In this document: in pieces, positions 36,991 to 48,152 of the stretch
How the letters are laid out: the number at the start of each line of letters is the position of its first letter
Numbering within the stretch: position 1 is the first letter of the stretch
Notes under the pieces: generated by a model
The model's database searches: none
Told to the model about the DNA's origin: nothing
The model's input: the letters and a program-made list of their open reading frames with translations, nothing else
Assembly: GCA_017559525.1 (NCBI GenBank)
Contig: JAFYRI010000004.1
Location: 11,233-75,232 of the forward strand
DNA length: 64,000 bases
Origin: Alphaproteobacteria bacterium
Lineage (GTDB): Bacteria; Pseudomonadota; Alphaproteobacteria; CAAHEQ01; UBA3637
Reading direction: 5' to 3'
Position numbers and translations under genes: made by a program

Positions 36991-38060
36991 TATTCGTTTT
37001 CCAATAATCTGGCCATTTGATCTTCTAACACCAAAGCTTCAACAAACTCATCTAATCCAGAACCTTCCATAACTTCTGATAATTGATATGACGTTTTGTT
37101 AATACGGTGATCCGTCACGCGACCTTGCGGGAAGTTATATGTTCTAATGCGTTCTGAACGATCCCCACTACCAACTTGGCTTTTACGGTTATCTGAACGT
37201 TCCTTATCTAACGCTTGACGTTGCATATCATATAAAGCTGTTCTTAAACGAGCCATAGCCTTTTCTTTGTTTTTAAATTGTGAACGTTCTTCCTGACATT
37301 CCACTGCAATACCTGTTGGTTTGTGTACAATACGAATAGCAGAGTCCGTTTTATTAACGTGCTGACCACCAGCACCAGAAGCACGACATGTCGTAATTTC
37401 TAAATCTGCTTCATTAATTTGAACATCAACTTCTGTCGCTTCAGGCAAAACAGCCACTGTTGCTGCTGATGTATGCACACGACCACCGGATTCTGTTTCT
37501 GGAACACGTTGTACACGATGAGCACCGGATTCAAACTTTAATTTAGCAAAAACGGCATTACCAGAAATTTGAGCAACGGCTTCTTTATAACCACCTAAGC
37601 CTGTATCATTTAAGGATAAAGTTTCAAATTTCCACCCTTTCATTGCTGCATAACGTTCATACATGCGGAATAATTCAGCACCAAATAAAGCAGCTTCTTC
37701 ACCACCTGTACCAGCTCGAACCTCTAAAATAACGTTACGTTCATCAGCCTCATCTTTTGGCAATAATAAAATTTGAATTTCACGTTCTAAAGCCGGCAGC
37801 TGTTCTTTTAAAGCATAATACTCTTCAGATGCCATTTCTTTCATATCACCATCTATATCTGGATCATTCATCATTACTTCAGATTCTTGCAAATCTGACA
37901 ATAACTTTTTATATTTATGTCCTGCTTGAACAATTGGCTCTAATGAACTGAGTTCTTTTGATAATTTTACAAATGTATCACCATCTGGACTTTCAGAAAG
38001 TAAAGCCGTAATTTCTTCTGATCTAGCAATTAATGTTTCTAATTTTTGATTAAATTTCAT
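36990..38060 (-). CDS. prfA: Peptide chain release factor 1
   Basis: GGQ motif ([14 protein letters not shown]) and PxT-region RF1 signature. Confidence 0.9.
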
Positions 38061-38129
38061 TGTGTTTTTCCTTATTTATATATAAAATCAGACAGAGTAT
38101 GCTCTGCCTGATTACATGTATCTCTCTTG

Positions 38130-39143
38130 CTAATTAAAATTATCAGCACTCAAAGCAACATTTTCAATTAATGCGCCTTTAGCTCCTAATGTTTTTGTTT
38201 TCTTATCATTTATATAAACCATTAAAGCACCAGCATTTGCCGTAGTTAATGTATAATCTGTATTAGCAGGTACATTATAACGATCACCTTTATATAAAAT
38301 TTCTTCTAAAATCACTTTATCATCTTGCATAATCTTAACCCACACTTCTTCTGTGGCAACAAATGATAATCCCTCTTGTTTTTGAACACCATATACCTTT
38401 GATGGAGTAATCTTACTCCATAACTTATCAGCTAATCCAGACTTTTTCATTTCAATTTTTTTAACATTTTTTGAAACTGTATCCGCAATAATCGGAGCTT
38501 CTTGTACAATATTTTCCTTTACTGTAACAATTTGTTCTTGATTTTCTTTAACAATTTGTTTTTCAGAAGTTTGTTCAACATCATCATTTTCTAAAACAGT
38601 TTCTTCTAAAATTAAAGTTTCCTCTACTACGATAGGGAATTCATTACTATCAACAGAGACCTCTTTTGAATTAAGATGAGAAATGTTAATGCAAATATAC
38701 CAAATCAAATATAAAATAACCAAAACAATTATACCTTTAAATACGGTTCTACCAGAAGGCATCAAATTGGCATTCTGTTGAATCGGCATCTCCATTGGTT
38801 CAACCTTAATTGATGACGTTTCCATATGAAACTTTTCCACCATTTCATTGGCATCTAATCCTAGGAAACGAGCATATGTCCGTAAGAACCCAATACCATA
38901 GGTAAGCCCTGGAAAAACATAATAATGCCCCTGCTCTAAAGCATCTAAGTACATTTCCTTAATACACAATTTTTTTGCAATCTGAGCAGTTGTTTGTTTT
39001 TTCTTTTCTCTGGCTTTTCGTAACACTCCCCCTAAAGATGTATCAACTTCTTCCTCAGTTTTTTGTTTTTTTGAACTTGTTTCCTTGGACAATGTTTCCA
39101 AATCCAAATGAACCAATGTTTCTTTTTTCTTACGTGGCATCAT
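38130..39143 (-). CDS. rodZ: RodZ-like cytoskeleton protein (N-terminal HTH, TM, C-terminal DUF4115-like)
   Basis: XRE-type HTH near the N-terminus; central TM (IIVLVILYLIWYICINI); Glu-rich linker. Confidence 0.6.
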   Translation of the reverse strand: MMPRKKKETLVHLDLETLSKETSSKKQKTEEEVDTSLGGVLRKAREKKKQTTAQIAKKLCIKEMYLDALEQGHYYVFPGLTYGIGFLRTYARFLGLDANEMVEKFHMETSSIKVEPMEMPIQQNANLMPSGRTVFKGIIVLVILYLIWYICINISHLNSKEVSVDSNEFPIVVEETLILEETVLENDDVEQTSEKQIVKENQEQIVTVKENIVQEAPIIADTVSKNVKKIEMKKSGLADKLWSKITPSKVYGVQKQEGLSFVATEEVWVKIMQDDKVILEEILYKGDRYNVPANTDYTLTTANAGALMVYINDKKTKTLGAKGALIENVALSADNFN

Positions 39144-39207
39144 TTCCCTCTTTCGTAAAAATAGTTATTTTTAACATCGTACTTGTTTTTTTATCATTTG
39201 TCCAGCA

Positions 39208-39912
39208 TTATTTTGCATATGCAATAAACAACATAATAATTGCAGCCATACCCAATGCAGGACCAAAAGCACCACTTTTTTTACGCACAATAAATGCATA
39301 AGCTGCAAAAAAAACAAAAGATAATATTAATGTAATATTCAAACTCTCATATCCTAACCATGCCCCTAAAGCAGTTACCATCTTAACGTCTCCAGCACCA
39401 AATTCAGCACGTTTAAAGATCAAATTCATAACCCATACTGACAACGTACACAAAAAATAACCAAAGAGTGCCCCAAAAAAACTAGCACTTGGAGACAACA
39501 TTCCTGTAAACGTCGCAAAGCCAAAACCTAAAAACAACAACGGAATTGTAAAAAAATCTGGCAACAAAAAATATTGTTGATCAACAGCGATCAAAAAACC
39601 AATTATTAAAATAAAACCAGCTGTCCATCCAATATAAGCAGAGCCAATATAAGTATAAGCACATGCAAATAAAGAAGCCATTATTATCCCCCAACACAAT
39701 GAAAAAATCTTCAATTTTTTCCATTTGTATTGCCATAAAGCATAGCGCACTCCATCATGTGTTTTTGGAGATATTGGTTTATGCCACAAATGAGCAAGAA
39801 CTAGTCCAGGATCGGCAGGTAAAATTTTCCCGAAACGACTAGCAACGGCAGGTATAAACAAACCCGACAAAAAACCACATATTATTACGTATAAAAAAGA
39901 TGTATATGTCAT
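39208..39912 (-). CDS. Prepilin peptidase (A24 family), Tad/Cpa-type
   Basis: Polytopic membrane protein with GAGDVKM motif typical of A24 peptidases. Confidence 0.65.
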   Translation of the reverse strand: MTYTSFLYVIICGFLSGLFIPAVASRFGKILPADPGLVLAHLWHKPISPKTHDGVRYALWQYKWKKLKIFSLCWGIIMASLFACAYTYIGSAYIGWTAGFILIIGFLIAVDQQYFLLPDFFTIPLLFLGFGFATFTGMLSPSASFFGALFGYFLCTLSVWVMNLIFKRAEFGAGDVKMVTALGAWLGYESLNITLILSFVFFAAYAFIVRKKSGAFGPALGMAAIIMLFIAYAK

Positions 39913-40032
39913 TATCTTATCCTTTGATGGATACTGTTATAAAGAAAAAAATGTCTTGACGCAAGATTTTTCTTTCATTTTGTAACAAAAAAAACTATAA
40001 TACCAATTGCAAGTTTAATAAAGGAGTTAAAA

Positions 40033-40491
40033 ATGATACGTGAAGAATTAAAAAAACAATTAGTTGAGGCAATGAAATCCAAAGACGAAAAAAAAACAGC
40101 AACAATTCGTTTAATTAATGCCGCCATCAAACAAAAAGATATTGAAGCTCGTCCTTCCGGCAAAACAGATGGGATAGATGATGCTTCTATTTTAAGCTTA
40201 ATGCAATCCATGATTAAACAACGTCGCGAAAGCATTGATATGTATACTAAAGGCGGAAGAGAAGATTTAGCAGTCGCAGAACAAACTGAAATTGATATCA
40301 TTCAAGTATTTTTACCAAAACAAATGAGCGAAGAAGAAGTTCGTTCTGCAATTAAAGAAATTATTGAACAAACTGGTGCGTCCTCTATTAAAGATATGGG
40401 AAAAGTTATGGGCGCTTTGCGCGGAAAATACGCAGGACAAATGGATTTTGGTTCAGCATCTAATTTAATTAAAGAGGCTTTAGCGGGATAA
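40033..40491 (+). CDS. GatB/YqeY-domain protein
   Basis: Conserved YqeY family (LKEQL...MKSKD...TIRLINAAIKQKDIE); overlaps dnaG start (TAATG). Confidence 0.8.
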   Translation: MIREELKKQLVEAMKSKDEKKTATIRLINAAIKQKDIEARPSGKTDGIDDASILSLMQSMIKQRRESIDMYTKGGREDLAVAEQTEIDIIQVFLPKQMSEEEVRSAIKEIIEQTGASSIKDMGKVMGALRGKYAGQMDFGSASNLIKEALAG

Positions 40492-42233
40492 TGAGTTCAA
40501 TTACGCCCCGTTTTATTGAAGAATTAAGAATGCGTTTATCCTTAGCCGATATTGTAGGCAAGAGAGTTAAACTCACATCTAAAGGACGCGAACACTCGGG
40601 GCTTTGCCCTTTCCATAACGAAAAAACTCCTTCATTTACAGTTAATGAAGATAAAGGCTTTTATCACTGCTTCGGATGTGGTGCTCATGGAGATATGATA
40701 AAATTTGTTATGGATACGGAAAAAATGCCATTTCGTGAAGCAGTAGAGTACCTAGCAAACCTTGCTGGGATTCCCATGCCAAAAGATTCTCCAAGGCAAG
40801 AGGCGTATGAAAAAAAATATGCTGGTTTAAGCGCAATCATGGAAGAAGCTTGTCGATTTTTTCAAGAAAATTTATTTGGACTTTCAGGAAAAAATGCCCG
40901 CAATTATCTAATTGGCCGCGGCATTTCCGGCAATATCGCAAAACAATTTCGCTTGGGGTATGCACCACACGGCTCACAACTAGCTGCACACCTAAGAACC
41001 AAAGGATACAGCATGACTGATTGTATATCACTAGGTTTGGTTGGCCGTCGTCAAGACGGCACATTCTATGACTATTTCTATGATCGTGTTATGTTCCCTA
41101 TTCTAGATAGACGCAAAAGAGTTATTGGCTTTGGTGGACGAATTATGGGAAAAGGTGAACCCAAATATCTAAACTCTCCAGAAACAACATTATTTCACAA
41201 AGGAGAACAACTCTATGCACTACCTAATGCTATTGAAACTATTCGCAAGAAAAATTCCGCTATTTTAGTCGAAGGTTACATGGATGTCATTGCCTTGCAT
41301 AGTACTGGTTTTACTAATGCTGTAGCTCCACTTGGAACTGCATTAACAGACAATCAAATTAAATTATTATGGCAATTTTGTGATGAACCCATCATCTGTT
41401 TTGACGGCGATAATGCTGGTCGACGTGCCGCTATTAGAGCGGTTAATCGAGCTTTACCCATTTTACAGCCTGGCAAATCCTTGCGTTTTGTATGGCTACC
41501 AGATACAATGGATCCCGACGATGTAATACGTAAAAAATCACCGGAAATATTTGAAAAACTACTAGAAACAGCCAAGCCATTAACTTTTGCTTTATGGTAT
41601 TCATTATTAGAAGGACGTCTCTATGATACACCTGAGCGAATGGCCAAATTAAAACAAGATACTTTAGATACAGCAAATCAAATTCAAAATGAAATTGTCC
41701 GCGGATATTATATTAAAGAATTAAAAAAACAATTATGGCAATTGGAAAAAAACAAAAAAGAAAACCATCGCACCTATCAAAATATAGCTCCTATGATTGC
41801 TCCAACACCTGGAATTTCTGAGGCACGTATGATGATAGCTTATTTAATTTGTTACCCACATGTAGCTCAAAAAATATTAGAAGATTTAGGAGCTTTAATA
41901 TTTCAAGAAAATGAGCTCAATAATGCCATTCATACAATCAGCGATTTAATTTTTGAAAACCCAGATATTACAACCTCAGAGATGCTCGCAAATATTCCAG
42001 AAGATATTTCTCAATCACTAAAAGGTGAAATTGAAATGTTAAAAAAATCACAGCGTTCTGAACGTCAAGTAACTGAAGAATTAAGAGTTTGGATCCAAAA
42101 TTCAAGAATTAAAGCTCTTGAGACTGATATACAAATAAAAACAAAGGAATTTTCAGAAAATTCATCTTCTGAATTATGGGAACAAATTGTTACCTTAAAA
42201 AAGGAAATAGAAAACCTACAAGAAAGTGAATAA
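40491..42233 (+). CDS. dnaG: DNA primase
   Basis: Zinc-ribbon CPFHNEKTPSFTV...HCFGCGAHGD; TOPRIM EGYMDV...FDGDNAGRRAA. Confidence 0.9.
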   Translation: MSSITPRFIEELRMRLSLADIVGKRVKLTSKGREHSGLCPFHNEKTPSFTVNEDKGFYHCFGCGAHGDMIKFVMDTEKMPFREAVEYLANLAGIPMPKDSPRQEAYEKKYAGLSAIMEEACRFFQENLFGLSGKNARNYLIGRGISGNIAKQFRLGYAPHGSQLAAHLRTKGYSMTDCISLGLVGRRQDGTFYDYFYDRVMFPILDRRKRVIGFGGRIMGKGEPKYLNSPETTLFHKGEQLYALPNAIETIRKKNSAILVEGYMDVIALHSTGFTNAVAPLGTALTDNQIKLLWQFCDEPIICFDGDNAGRRAAIRAVNRALPILQPGKSLRFVWLPDTMDPDDVIRKKSPEIFEKLLETAKPLTFALWYSLLEGRLYDTPERMAKLKQDTLDTANQIQNEIVRGYYIKELKKQLWQLEKNKKENHRTYQNIAPMIAPTPGISEARMMIAYLICYPHVAQKILEDLGALIFQENELNNAIHTISDLIFENPDITTSEMLANIPEDISQSLKGEIEMLKKSQRSERQVTEELRVWIQNSRIKALETDIQIKTKEFSENSSSELWEQIVTLKKEIENLQESE

Positions 42234-42238
42234 ATCAC

Positions 42239-42267
42239 TTGACAAGCTCAACATAAAACTATATACT
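42239..42267 (+). promoter_or_regulatory. Sigma70 promoter TTGACA-17-TATACT immediately upstream of rpoD
   Basis: -35 at 42239-42244, 17-nt spacer, -10 at 42262-42267, in the dnaG-rpoD spacer. Confidence 0.5.
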
Positions 42268-42310
42268 TTGCCTGAATTATAATTTTTTCCTTGAAACGAA
42301 GGGTTTTCTG

Positions 42311-44434
42311 ATGAATTCTATTGCGCAAAATGAAGATTTTTCAACTGATTCTTCTGAAATCAGTGCCATTGACTCAAAAACACTGATGAAAAGATTGATA
42401 GAAAAAGGCAAGGAAAGAGGTTTCTTGTCAATGGTAGAGTTAAAAAAAGCTCTTCCTTCCGAATCGCGTAATGATGAAGCATTAGAAATTATCGTATCTT
42501 CATTCACTGATATGGGGATTAATATTGTAGATAGCAATGAAGATATTGCTGATTTAACTGAAAGCATAAATAACAACAACTCTTTAACGGTTGTAGACGC
42601 AGATGCTTTGGCTGAAGAAGCCGATATTGGCGCCAGAGTCAATGATCCTGTTCGTCTTTATTTACGAGAAATGGGCGCAGTTGAATTATTATCTCGTGAT
42701 GGCGAAATTGCTATTGCTAAACGAATCGCTGCTGGCATTGATGTAATGATGAGTGGACTATCAGAAAGCTCATTAGCAATGGAAGCTCTGGCTGAATGGA
42801 ATAAAAAACTATTAGCCGGCACAATGTTTTTGAGAGAAATTATTGATTTAGAAGCTACCTTTGAAGCCTCACCAAACAAAGAACAAATGGAAAAAGCCGA
42901 AAAAATTCGTCAATCTGCAGCGGCGGCTTTGGCTAAAGAGGAGCAAAAAATCAAAGAAGAGGAAAAAAAGAACTCTCATAAAAATGAAGAATACGAAGAA
43001 GATGATGATGATAATGATGAATTATCTGAAACGTATAATGACACTGATGATTCCGATGATGATGATGAAGAATTAGAAAGTGATGATATTCAGATAGAAG
43101 ACGAAGAAGAACATTCCAATGATGATGGGGAAGATGAATTTGATGAAGATGATGAGGAAGCGGCCTTATCAGTATCTCAAATGGAAGAGAATTTAATGCC
43201 CCAAATTTTAATAGCATTCAAAGATATTGAAACAATATATCAAAAATTCCAAAAAATTCAACAAGAACGGATGAATGTAATTCTTTCTGGTAAAAGTATT
43301 ACAAATGCAACAGAAACAAAATACATTACATTAAAAAAAGAGTTAACAGATAAATTAAAAAATATCCATTTAAATCAAAATTGTATTGAAGTATTAATTG
43401 AAAAAATCACAGATGTCAATCAACGCTTAATGATGTTAGAAGGTAAATTATTACGTCTGGCAACTATGTGTAAAATTGATCGTGAAGACTTTTTACAAAC
43501 ATATCAAAACAGTGAAATGGACACCAAATGGATTTCAAAAATAAAAAAGAAAACATCAAAACAATGGAAAACATTTATCGATAAGCATTCTAATGAAATC
43601 AATGAGATACGCTCGGCAATTCAAGGAGTGGCTGAAGAAACAAAAATGCCAATTTCAGAATATCGAAAATTGGTAACAACAATCAAAAAAGGACGCCAAG
43701 AAACCAATAAAGCAAAACAAGAAATGATTGAAGCAAACTTGCGCTTAGTAATTTCTATTTCCAAAAAATATACCAATCGTGGCTTACAATTTTTAGATTT
43801 AATTCAAGAAGGTAATATTGGTCTTATGAAGGCAGTTGATAAATTCGAATATCAACGTGGTTATAAATTTTCAACTTATGCAACATGGTGGATTCGTCAA
43901 TCCATTACTCGTGCCATTGCCGATCAAGCTAGAACAATCCGTATTCCAGTACATATGATTGAAACCATTAATAAAATGCTTAGAACAAGTCGTCAAATGA
44001 TGCTAGAAACGGGTCATGAACCAACCCCAGAAGAATTAGCTCCACGCATCAATATGTCGGTTGAAAAAATCAAAAAAGTACTCAAAATTGCCAAAGAACC
44101 AATTTCTTTGGAAACACCAGTTGGTGATGAGGAAGATTCACATTTAGGTGATTTTATTGAAGACAAGCAAACAATGCAACCATTAGAGGCAGCTATTCAA
44201 ACAAACTTACGTCAATCTTGTACAGCTGTATTATCTACCCTCTCCCCACGTGAAGAACGCGTCTTACGTATGCGTTTCGGTATCGGTATGAACTCAGATC
44301 ATACATTGGAAGAAGTTGGTTTACAATTTGCTGTGACACGTGAACGTATCCGTCAAATTGAGGCGAAAGCATTACGAAAACTAAAACATCCTAGTCGTTC
44401 CAGAAAATTACGTAGTTTCTTAGAAGAAAATTAA
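42311..44434 (+). CDS. rpoD: RNA polymerase sigma factor RpoD (sigma70) with extended acidic non-conserved region
   Basis: Regions 2-4 conserved ([38 protein letters not shown]; region 4.2 [15 protein letters not shown]); about 90-aa D/E-rich insert. Confidence 0.9.
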   Translation: MNSIAQNEDFSTDSSEISAIDSKTLMKRLIEKGKERGFLSMVELKKALPSESRNDEALEIIVSSFTDMGINIVDSNEDIADLTESINNNNSLTVVDADALAEEADIGARVNDPVRLYLREMGAVELLSRDGEIAIAKRIAAGIDVMMSGLSESSLAMEALAEWNKKLLAGTMFLREIIDLEATFEASPNKEQMEKAEKIRQSAAAALAKEEQKIKEEEKKNSHKNEEYEEDDDDNDELSETYNDTDDSDDDDEELESDDIQIEDEEEHSNDDGEDEFDEDDEEAALSVSQMEENLMPQILIAFKDIETIYQKFQKIQQERMNVILSGKSITNATETKYITLKKELTDKLKNIHLNQNCIEVLIEKITDVNQRLMMLEGKLLRLATMCKIDREDFLQTYQNSEMDTKWISKIKKKTSKQWKTFIDKHSNEINEIRSAIQGVAEETKMPISEYRKLVTTIKKGRQETNKAKQEMIEANLRLVISISKKYTNRGLQFLDLIQEGNIGLMKAVDKFEYQRGYKFSTYATWWIRQSITRAIADQARTIRIPVHMIETINKMLRTSRQMMLETGHEPTPEELAPRINMSVEKIKKVLKIAKEPISLETPVGDEEDSHLGDFIEDKQTMQPLEAAIQTNLRQSCTAVLSTLSPREERVLRMRFGIGMNSDHTLEEVGLQFAVTRERIRQIEAKALRKLKHPSRSRKLRSFLEEN

Positions 44435-44435
44435 T

Positions 44436-44459
44436 AGAGGGATTTTTCCCTCTTTTTTC
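44436..44459 (+). terminator. Rho-independent terminator after rpoD
   Basis: AGAGGGATTTTTCCCTCT hairpin followed by T6. Confidence 0.7.
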
Positions 44460-44699
44460 TATATATTTAATAAATATTATAATTTTTTCATCAGTCCTCG
44501 ATAAAGCATAAAATCAAATAATTATGGAGATAGATTTTATAAATATCCTTAGTAAATACAAAAGTTACTAGCTCCAATATTAAATATTCTATTTCAAACG
44601 TACACAATTATTACTAATTTTATACGAGCATTAAAAGACAGATAAAAAATAAAATTTTAAAAGAGGAGATGACCTACTCTTTTTTTATATCCTTACAAC

Positions 44700-45947
44700 T
44701 TAATTCGTCTTAGTATCCGGTTGACGTAACAATCGCACAAGCGGATACGCACTTAATAAAAACAATCCTAAGTAAATATAAAATGCAGATTGCATATTTA
44801 CATCGTCCAATAAAAATTTAAATAAAATCAAAACAAAACCTGTTAATAAGCGACTAACCATTGTATTTAATGAGGCTACAGTAGAACGAATATTGGATGA
44901 AACAAGTGAATGAATACGACTAACGCTTGCTAAAGTAAACGTTAATTGAGAAGCTATCACAAAGCAAATAAACGTCATAATTGCCATATTAATTCCAATG
45001 TTTTTAATGTGTAACATTGCAATGGCTGCAAAAAAAGCAATCACAAATAAACCGTAAATAGTGACTCCCAATTTTTTTAAAGTAAAGATTTTCATGGTTT
45101 TATCAAGTAGATAGCTTGCGCCAGCACGAAATGCATGATTGATAAAGTAAACAACACCGAACAATGCAACTGGAATACCAGCAGTTTGCATAAGTGGTTG
45201 AAAACTCCATACAAAAATCATAGAAGCAGCCACTGCCATAGCTGAATAACCTATATAATATTTAATTTTTTCATTTGTTAAAGCGGATTTTGCAATTTTG
45301 AATAAATCTTGATATTTTTCCTTTGTTGTCAGACTTTCTGTTCGTTCTGAAGGTACATCTGGCAAGAAAAACAACATAGTAATTGCTATTGAATTAAAAA
45401 CTATTTCAATAACAATTAATGTCATTACACCAAATTCTTGATATAATGTAGCTCCCAAAAGTGATGCTATTGCCGTACCAGCTGACATAAAAAAGTTCAT
45501 ACGGCCATAACGTTTTAACATTCTAGTCGTTTGCCCTTTTGATTTTAATAAATCATAAATATAACCATCTGCAATACCAGAAAAAAGTGCTTTAGAGGCG
45601 GCATACAATAACTCACCAACAAGGATAATCCAATACCCACCCAAAAAGTACCATAACACTAATCGCAATAAAAATAAGGCATAAGATAATATTAAAACCT
45701 TTTTACGAGAAATCCAATCAGCGATATAACCAGCAGGCACTTCAAAACACAAAGCCGCGATAGAAAAAATCCCTTGAAATAAGAAATAATCACCTTTTGT
45801 TAAGCCATTGCTTTCATAAAACAAAAGCATAATTGGCAACATAAAAATTTGTGTTTGAAAAAAGACAGACCAATTCAATAATTTTAAGGGGTTTTTGAGC
45901 ATACCTTCTCCTTTTTTGAAAAACTGAATTGATTTTAAATTTCCCAA
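44700..45947 (-). CDS. MFS transporter
   Basis: 12-TM profile; 415 aa. Confidence 0.7.
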   Translation of the reverse strand: MGNLKSIQFFKKGEGMLKNPLKLLNWSVFFQTQIFMLPIMLLFYESNGLTKGDYFLFQGIFSIAALCFEVPAGYIADWISRKKVLILSYALFLLRLVLWYFLGGYWIILVGELLYAASKALFSGIADGYIYDLLKSKGQTTRMLKRYGRMNFFMSAGTAIASLLGATLYQEFGVMTLIVIEIVFNSIAITMLFFLPDVPSERTESLTTKEKYQDLFKIAKSALTNEKIKYYIGYSAMAVAASMIFVWSFQPLMQTAGIPVALFGVVYFINHAFRAGASYLLDKTMKIFTLKKLGVTIYGLFVIAFFAAIAMLHIKNIGINMAIMTFICFVIASQLTFTLASVSRIHSLVSSNIRSTVASLNTMVSRLLTGFVLILFKFLLDDVNMQSAFYIYLGLFLLSAYPLVRLLRQPDTKTN

Positions 45948-46005
45948 TTATAAAAGTCAAGAGGTAAAAATAAAAAAATCCCCTCTTTTTCAGAGGGGGA
46001 AAAAC

Positions 46006-46182
46006 TTACATATTTTTTTCAATTTCTTCAATTTCTTCTTTTACTTTTAATTTTTGTTTTTTATACTCATGAATCTTTGTATCATCCGGATGAGGATGTG
46101 CATTTTCTTCAGCAATTAATACATCCAACTCTGCATGCTTTGCCTTCAAAGCGTTTAAATGATTTTGAATTTTATCGCTCAT
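46006..46182 (-). CDS. DUF465/YdcH-like small protein (58 aa), absent from the ORF track
   Basis: Minus-strand ORF MSDKIQNHLNALKAKHAELDVLIAEENAHPHPDDTKIHEYKKQKLKVKEEIEEIEKNM; GGAG RBS; followed by a hairpin plus T-run terminator at 45975-46003. Confidence 0.5.
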   Translation of the reverse strand: MSDKIQNHLNALKAKHAELDVLIAEENAHPHPDDTKIHEYKKQKLKVKEEIEEIEKNM

Positions 46183-46240
46183 ATTTTTCTCCTTATTTTA
46201 ACAAAATTATTATATGTAGTTACTGCATAAAAAGCAAGCG

Positions 46241-47332
46241 TTATTTTTCACCAACATAGATACCTAAACTTCTTGCTGTTTTAACCATTTCACCATTTGG
46301 ATCAACTGGTGTATTGCTGATTTTCAACACATCATTCAAATCCATATCGGTAATTTGTCCATTTTGATGCACAACTACACGGTTATCTTTACCTTCTGCT
46401 AATAATTCAATAGCTTTTACAGCAAATTGAGAAGCTAACAATCTATCTTCCACAACGGGAGATCCTGCACGTTGAATATGACCTAAAATATTGGCTCGTA
46501 CATTAAAACCATCAGCTTGTAAACGAGTTGCGAAATATTCTGAAATACCACCAAACGTTTTTCCATTTGTAGCAAAAGAGTGTTTACCATCTGGTGTTTT
46601 TACACCTTCGGCAACAACAACCAAAGCATGCTTACGTCCTTCTGCACGAGATTTTTTCAAACACTCACGAAGACCTTCATAAGTGTAAGATACTTCAGGA
46701 ATCAAAATCGCATCCGCAAAACCGGCAATACCAGCTTCTAAAGCCAAATGACCCGCACCACGACCCATAACTTCCAATACGATTACACGGTTATGACTAG
46801 TTGCAGTTGTATCTAATTTATCCAATGCATCAGCAACAATAGATTTTGCCGTAGCAAAACCAATAGCCATATCTGTACCTGGAGCATCATTATCAATCGT
46901 TTTTGGAATACCAATCATAGAAATACCAGCCATTTTACAATATTTGCTGACGATTGCCATAGAACCATCTCCACCAATAACAACCAACGCAGATAACCCT
47001 AACTCTTTAATCCCATCTTTAAAACGTTGATTGAGTTCTTCATCCGTTAATTCTTCAATAGTACCGTCTGCACGTTCTTGGATATGAGCATTACCGGAAT
47101 TGTTTGTACCAAGCATTGTACCACCCATGGTGGCATACGGACATGTAAAATCGGCCATAGTCAATTTTTGATAACGCATTGGACGAACAAACAAACCATC
47201 TGTTGCATTATGAATACCATAAACTTCCCATCCTTTTGTGATAGCACTGAATGTAACACCACGGATAGCAGTATTCAAACCAGAACAATCTCCACCACTT
47301 GTTAAAACACCAATTCTTTTTACATTTGTCAT
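46241..47332 (-). CDS. pfk: 6-phosphofructokinase (possibly PPi-dependent)
   Basis: GGDGS motif (VIGGDGSMA), LTSGGDCSGLN, MGR motif; start at 47332 supported by a GGAG RBS. The longer track start would overlap lptB. Confidence 0.8.
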   Translation of the reverse strand: MTNVKRIGVLTSGGDCSGLNTAIRGVTFSAITKGWEVYGIHNATDGLFVRPMRYQKLTMADFTCPYATMGGTMLGTNNSGNAHIQERADGTIEELTDEELNQRFKDGIKELGLSALVVIGGDGSMAIVSKYCKMAGISMIGIPKTIDNDAPGTDMAIGFATAKSIVADALDKLDTTATSHNRVIVLEVMGRGAGHLALEAGIAGFADAILIPEVSYTYEGLRECLKKSRAEGRKHALVVVAEGVKTPDGKHSFATNGKTFGGISEYFATRLQADGFNVRANILGHIQRAGSPVVEDRLLASQFAVKAIELLAEGKDNRVVVHQNGQITDMDLNDVLKISNTPVDPNGEMVKTARSLGIYVGEK

Positions 47333-47405
47333 ATTTATACTCCAAAAAAAATTTACAATAAAAAGCTTATACCTTGTTTTTTTAAAATTAGCTAGCAAAA
47401 AATGC

Positions 47406-48140
47406 TTACAATGAGAAATTTTTTCCAAGATACGTTTTTTTCACATTTTCATCAGAAATAATTTCTTCAGGTGTTCCTTGTTTTAAAACCTTACCATCAT
47501 GCAAAATATAGGCACGATCAATAATACTTAAAGTTTCACGAACATTATGGTCTGTTATTAAAACACCTAATCCTCTATTTTTTAATTGTCCTACCAAATC
47601 TTTAATTTCACCAACTGCAATTGGATCAATACCTGCAAGTGGTTCATCTAATAAGATAAAAGATGGACGAGAAGCTAAAGCACGTGCAATTTCTAAACGA
47701 CGACGCTCTCCTCCAGACAAAGCACGTGAAGGCGAAAACCTCAAATGCTCAATTGAAAACTCTTTCAACAATGAATCAAGTTCTTGTTCACGTTTTTCTT
47801 CATTCTTTTCAACAATTTCCAAGACACTTCGAATATTATCTTCCACATTTAATCCTCTAAAAATAGAAGCCTCTTGAGGTAAATATCCAACCCCTAATCT
47901 AGCCCTACGATAAACAGGGAAAGAAGTAATATCTATCCCATTTAGGTAAATTTTCCCTGAATTAGGAGCAATTAATCCCGTCACACAATAAAAAGATGTT
48001 GTTTTACCAGCACCATTTGGCCCCAAAAGACCAACGGCCTCTCCCTTTTTGACGTGCATAGACACATCTCGTAAAACAACTCTTTTTTTATAACTTTTAC
48101 TTAAATTTTCAACAACTAAACCTTCTTTTGATGATATCAT
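47406..48140 (-). CDS. lptB: LPS export ABC transporter ATP-binding protein LptB
   Basis: Walker A GPNGAGKTT, signature LSGGERRR, Walker B ILLDEP; conserved position after lptA. Confidence 0.85.
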   Translation of the reverse strand: MISSKEGLVVENLSKSYKKRVVLRDVSMHVKKGEAVGLLGPNGAGKTTSFYCVTGLIAPNSGKIYLNGIDITSFPVYRRARLGVGYLPQEASIFRGLNVEDNIRSVLEIVEKNEEKREQELDSLLKEFSIEHLRFSPSRALSGGERRRLEIARALASRPSFILLDEPLAGIDPIAVGEIKDLVGQLKNRGLGVLITDHNVRETLSIIDRAYILHDGKVLKQGTPEEIISDENVKKTYLGKNFSL

Positions 48141-48152
48141 AAATTCCCCTTT

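Noticed and set aside
42861-43217. Lys-rich 71-aa ORF (42861..43076, plus) and His-rich 88-aa ORF (42951..43217, minus) in the ORF track
   Set aside because: Both are alternate-frame or antisense readings of the GAT/GAA-rich acidic insert of rpoD; the composition is a by-product of the repeat, not independent genes.
47333-47428. Extended N-terminus of pfk overlapping lptB
   Set aside because: The internal ATG at 47332 has a GGAG RBS and gives the canonical MTNVKRIGVLTSGGD start; the extension has no PFK homology.
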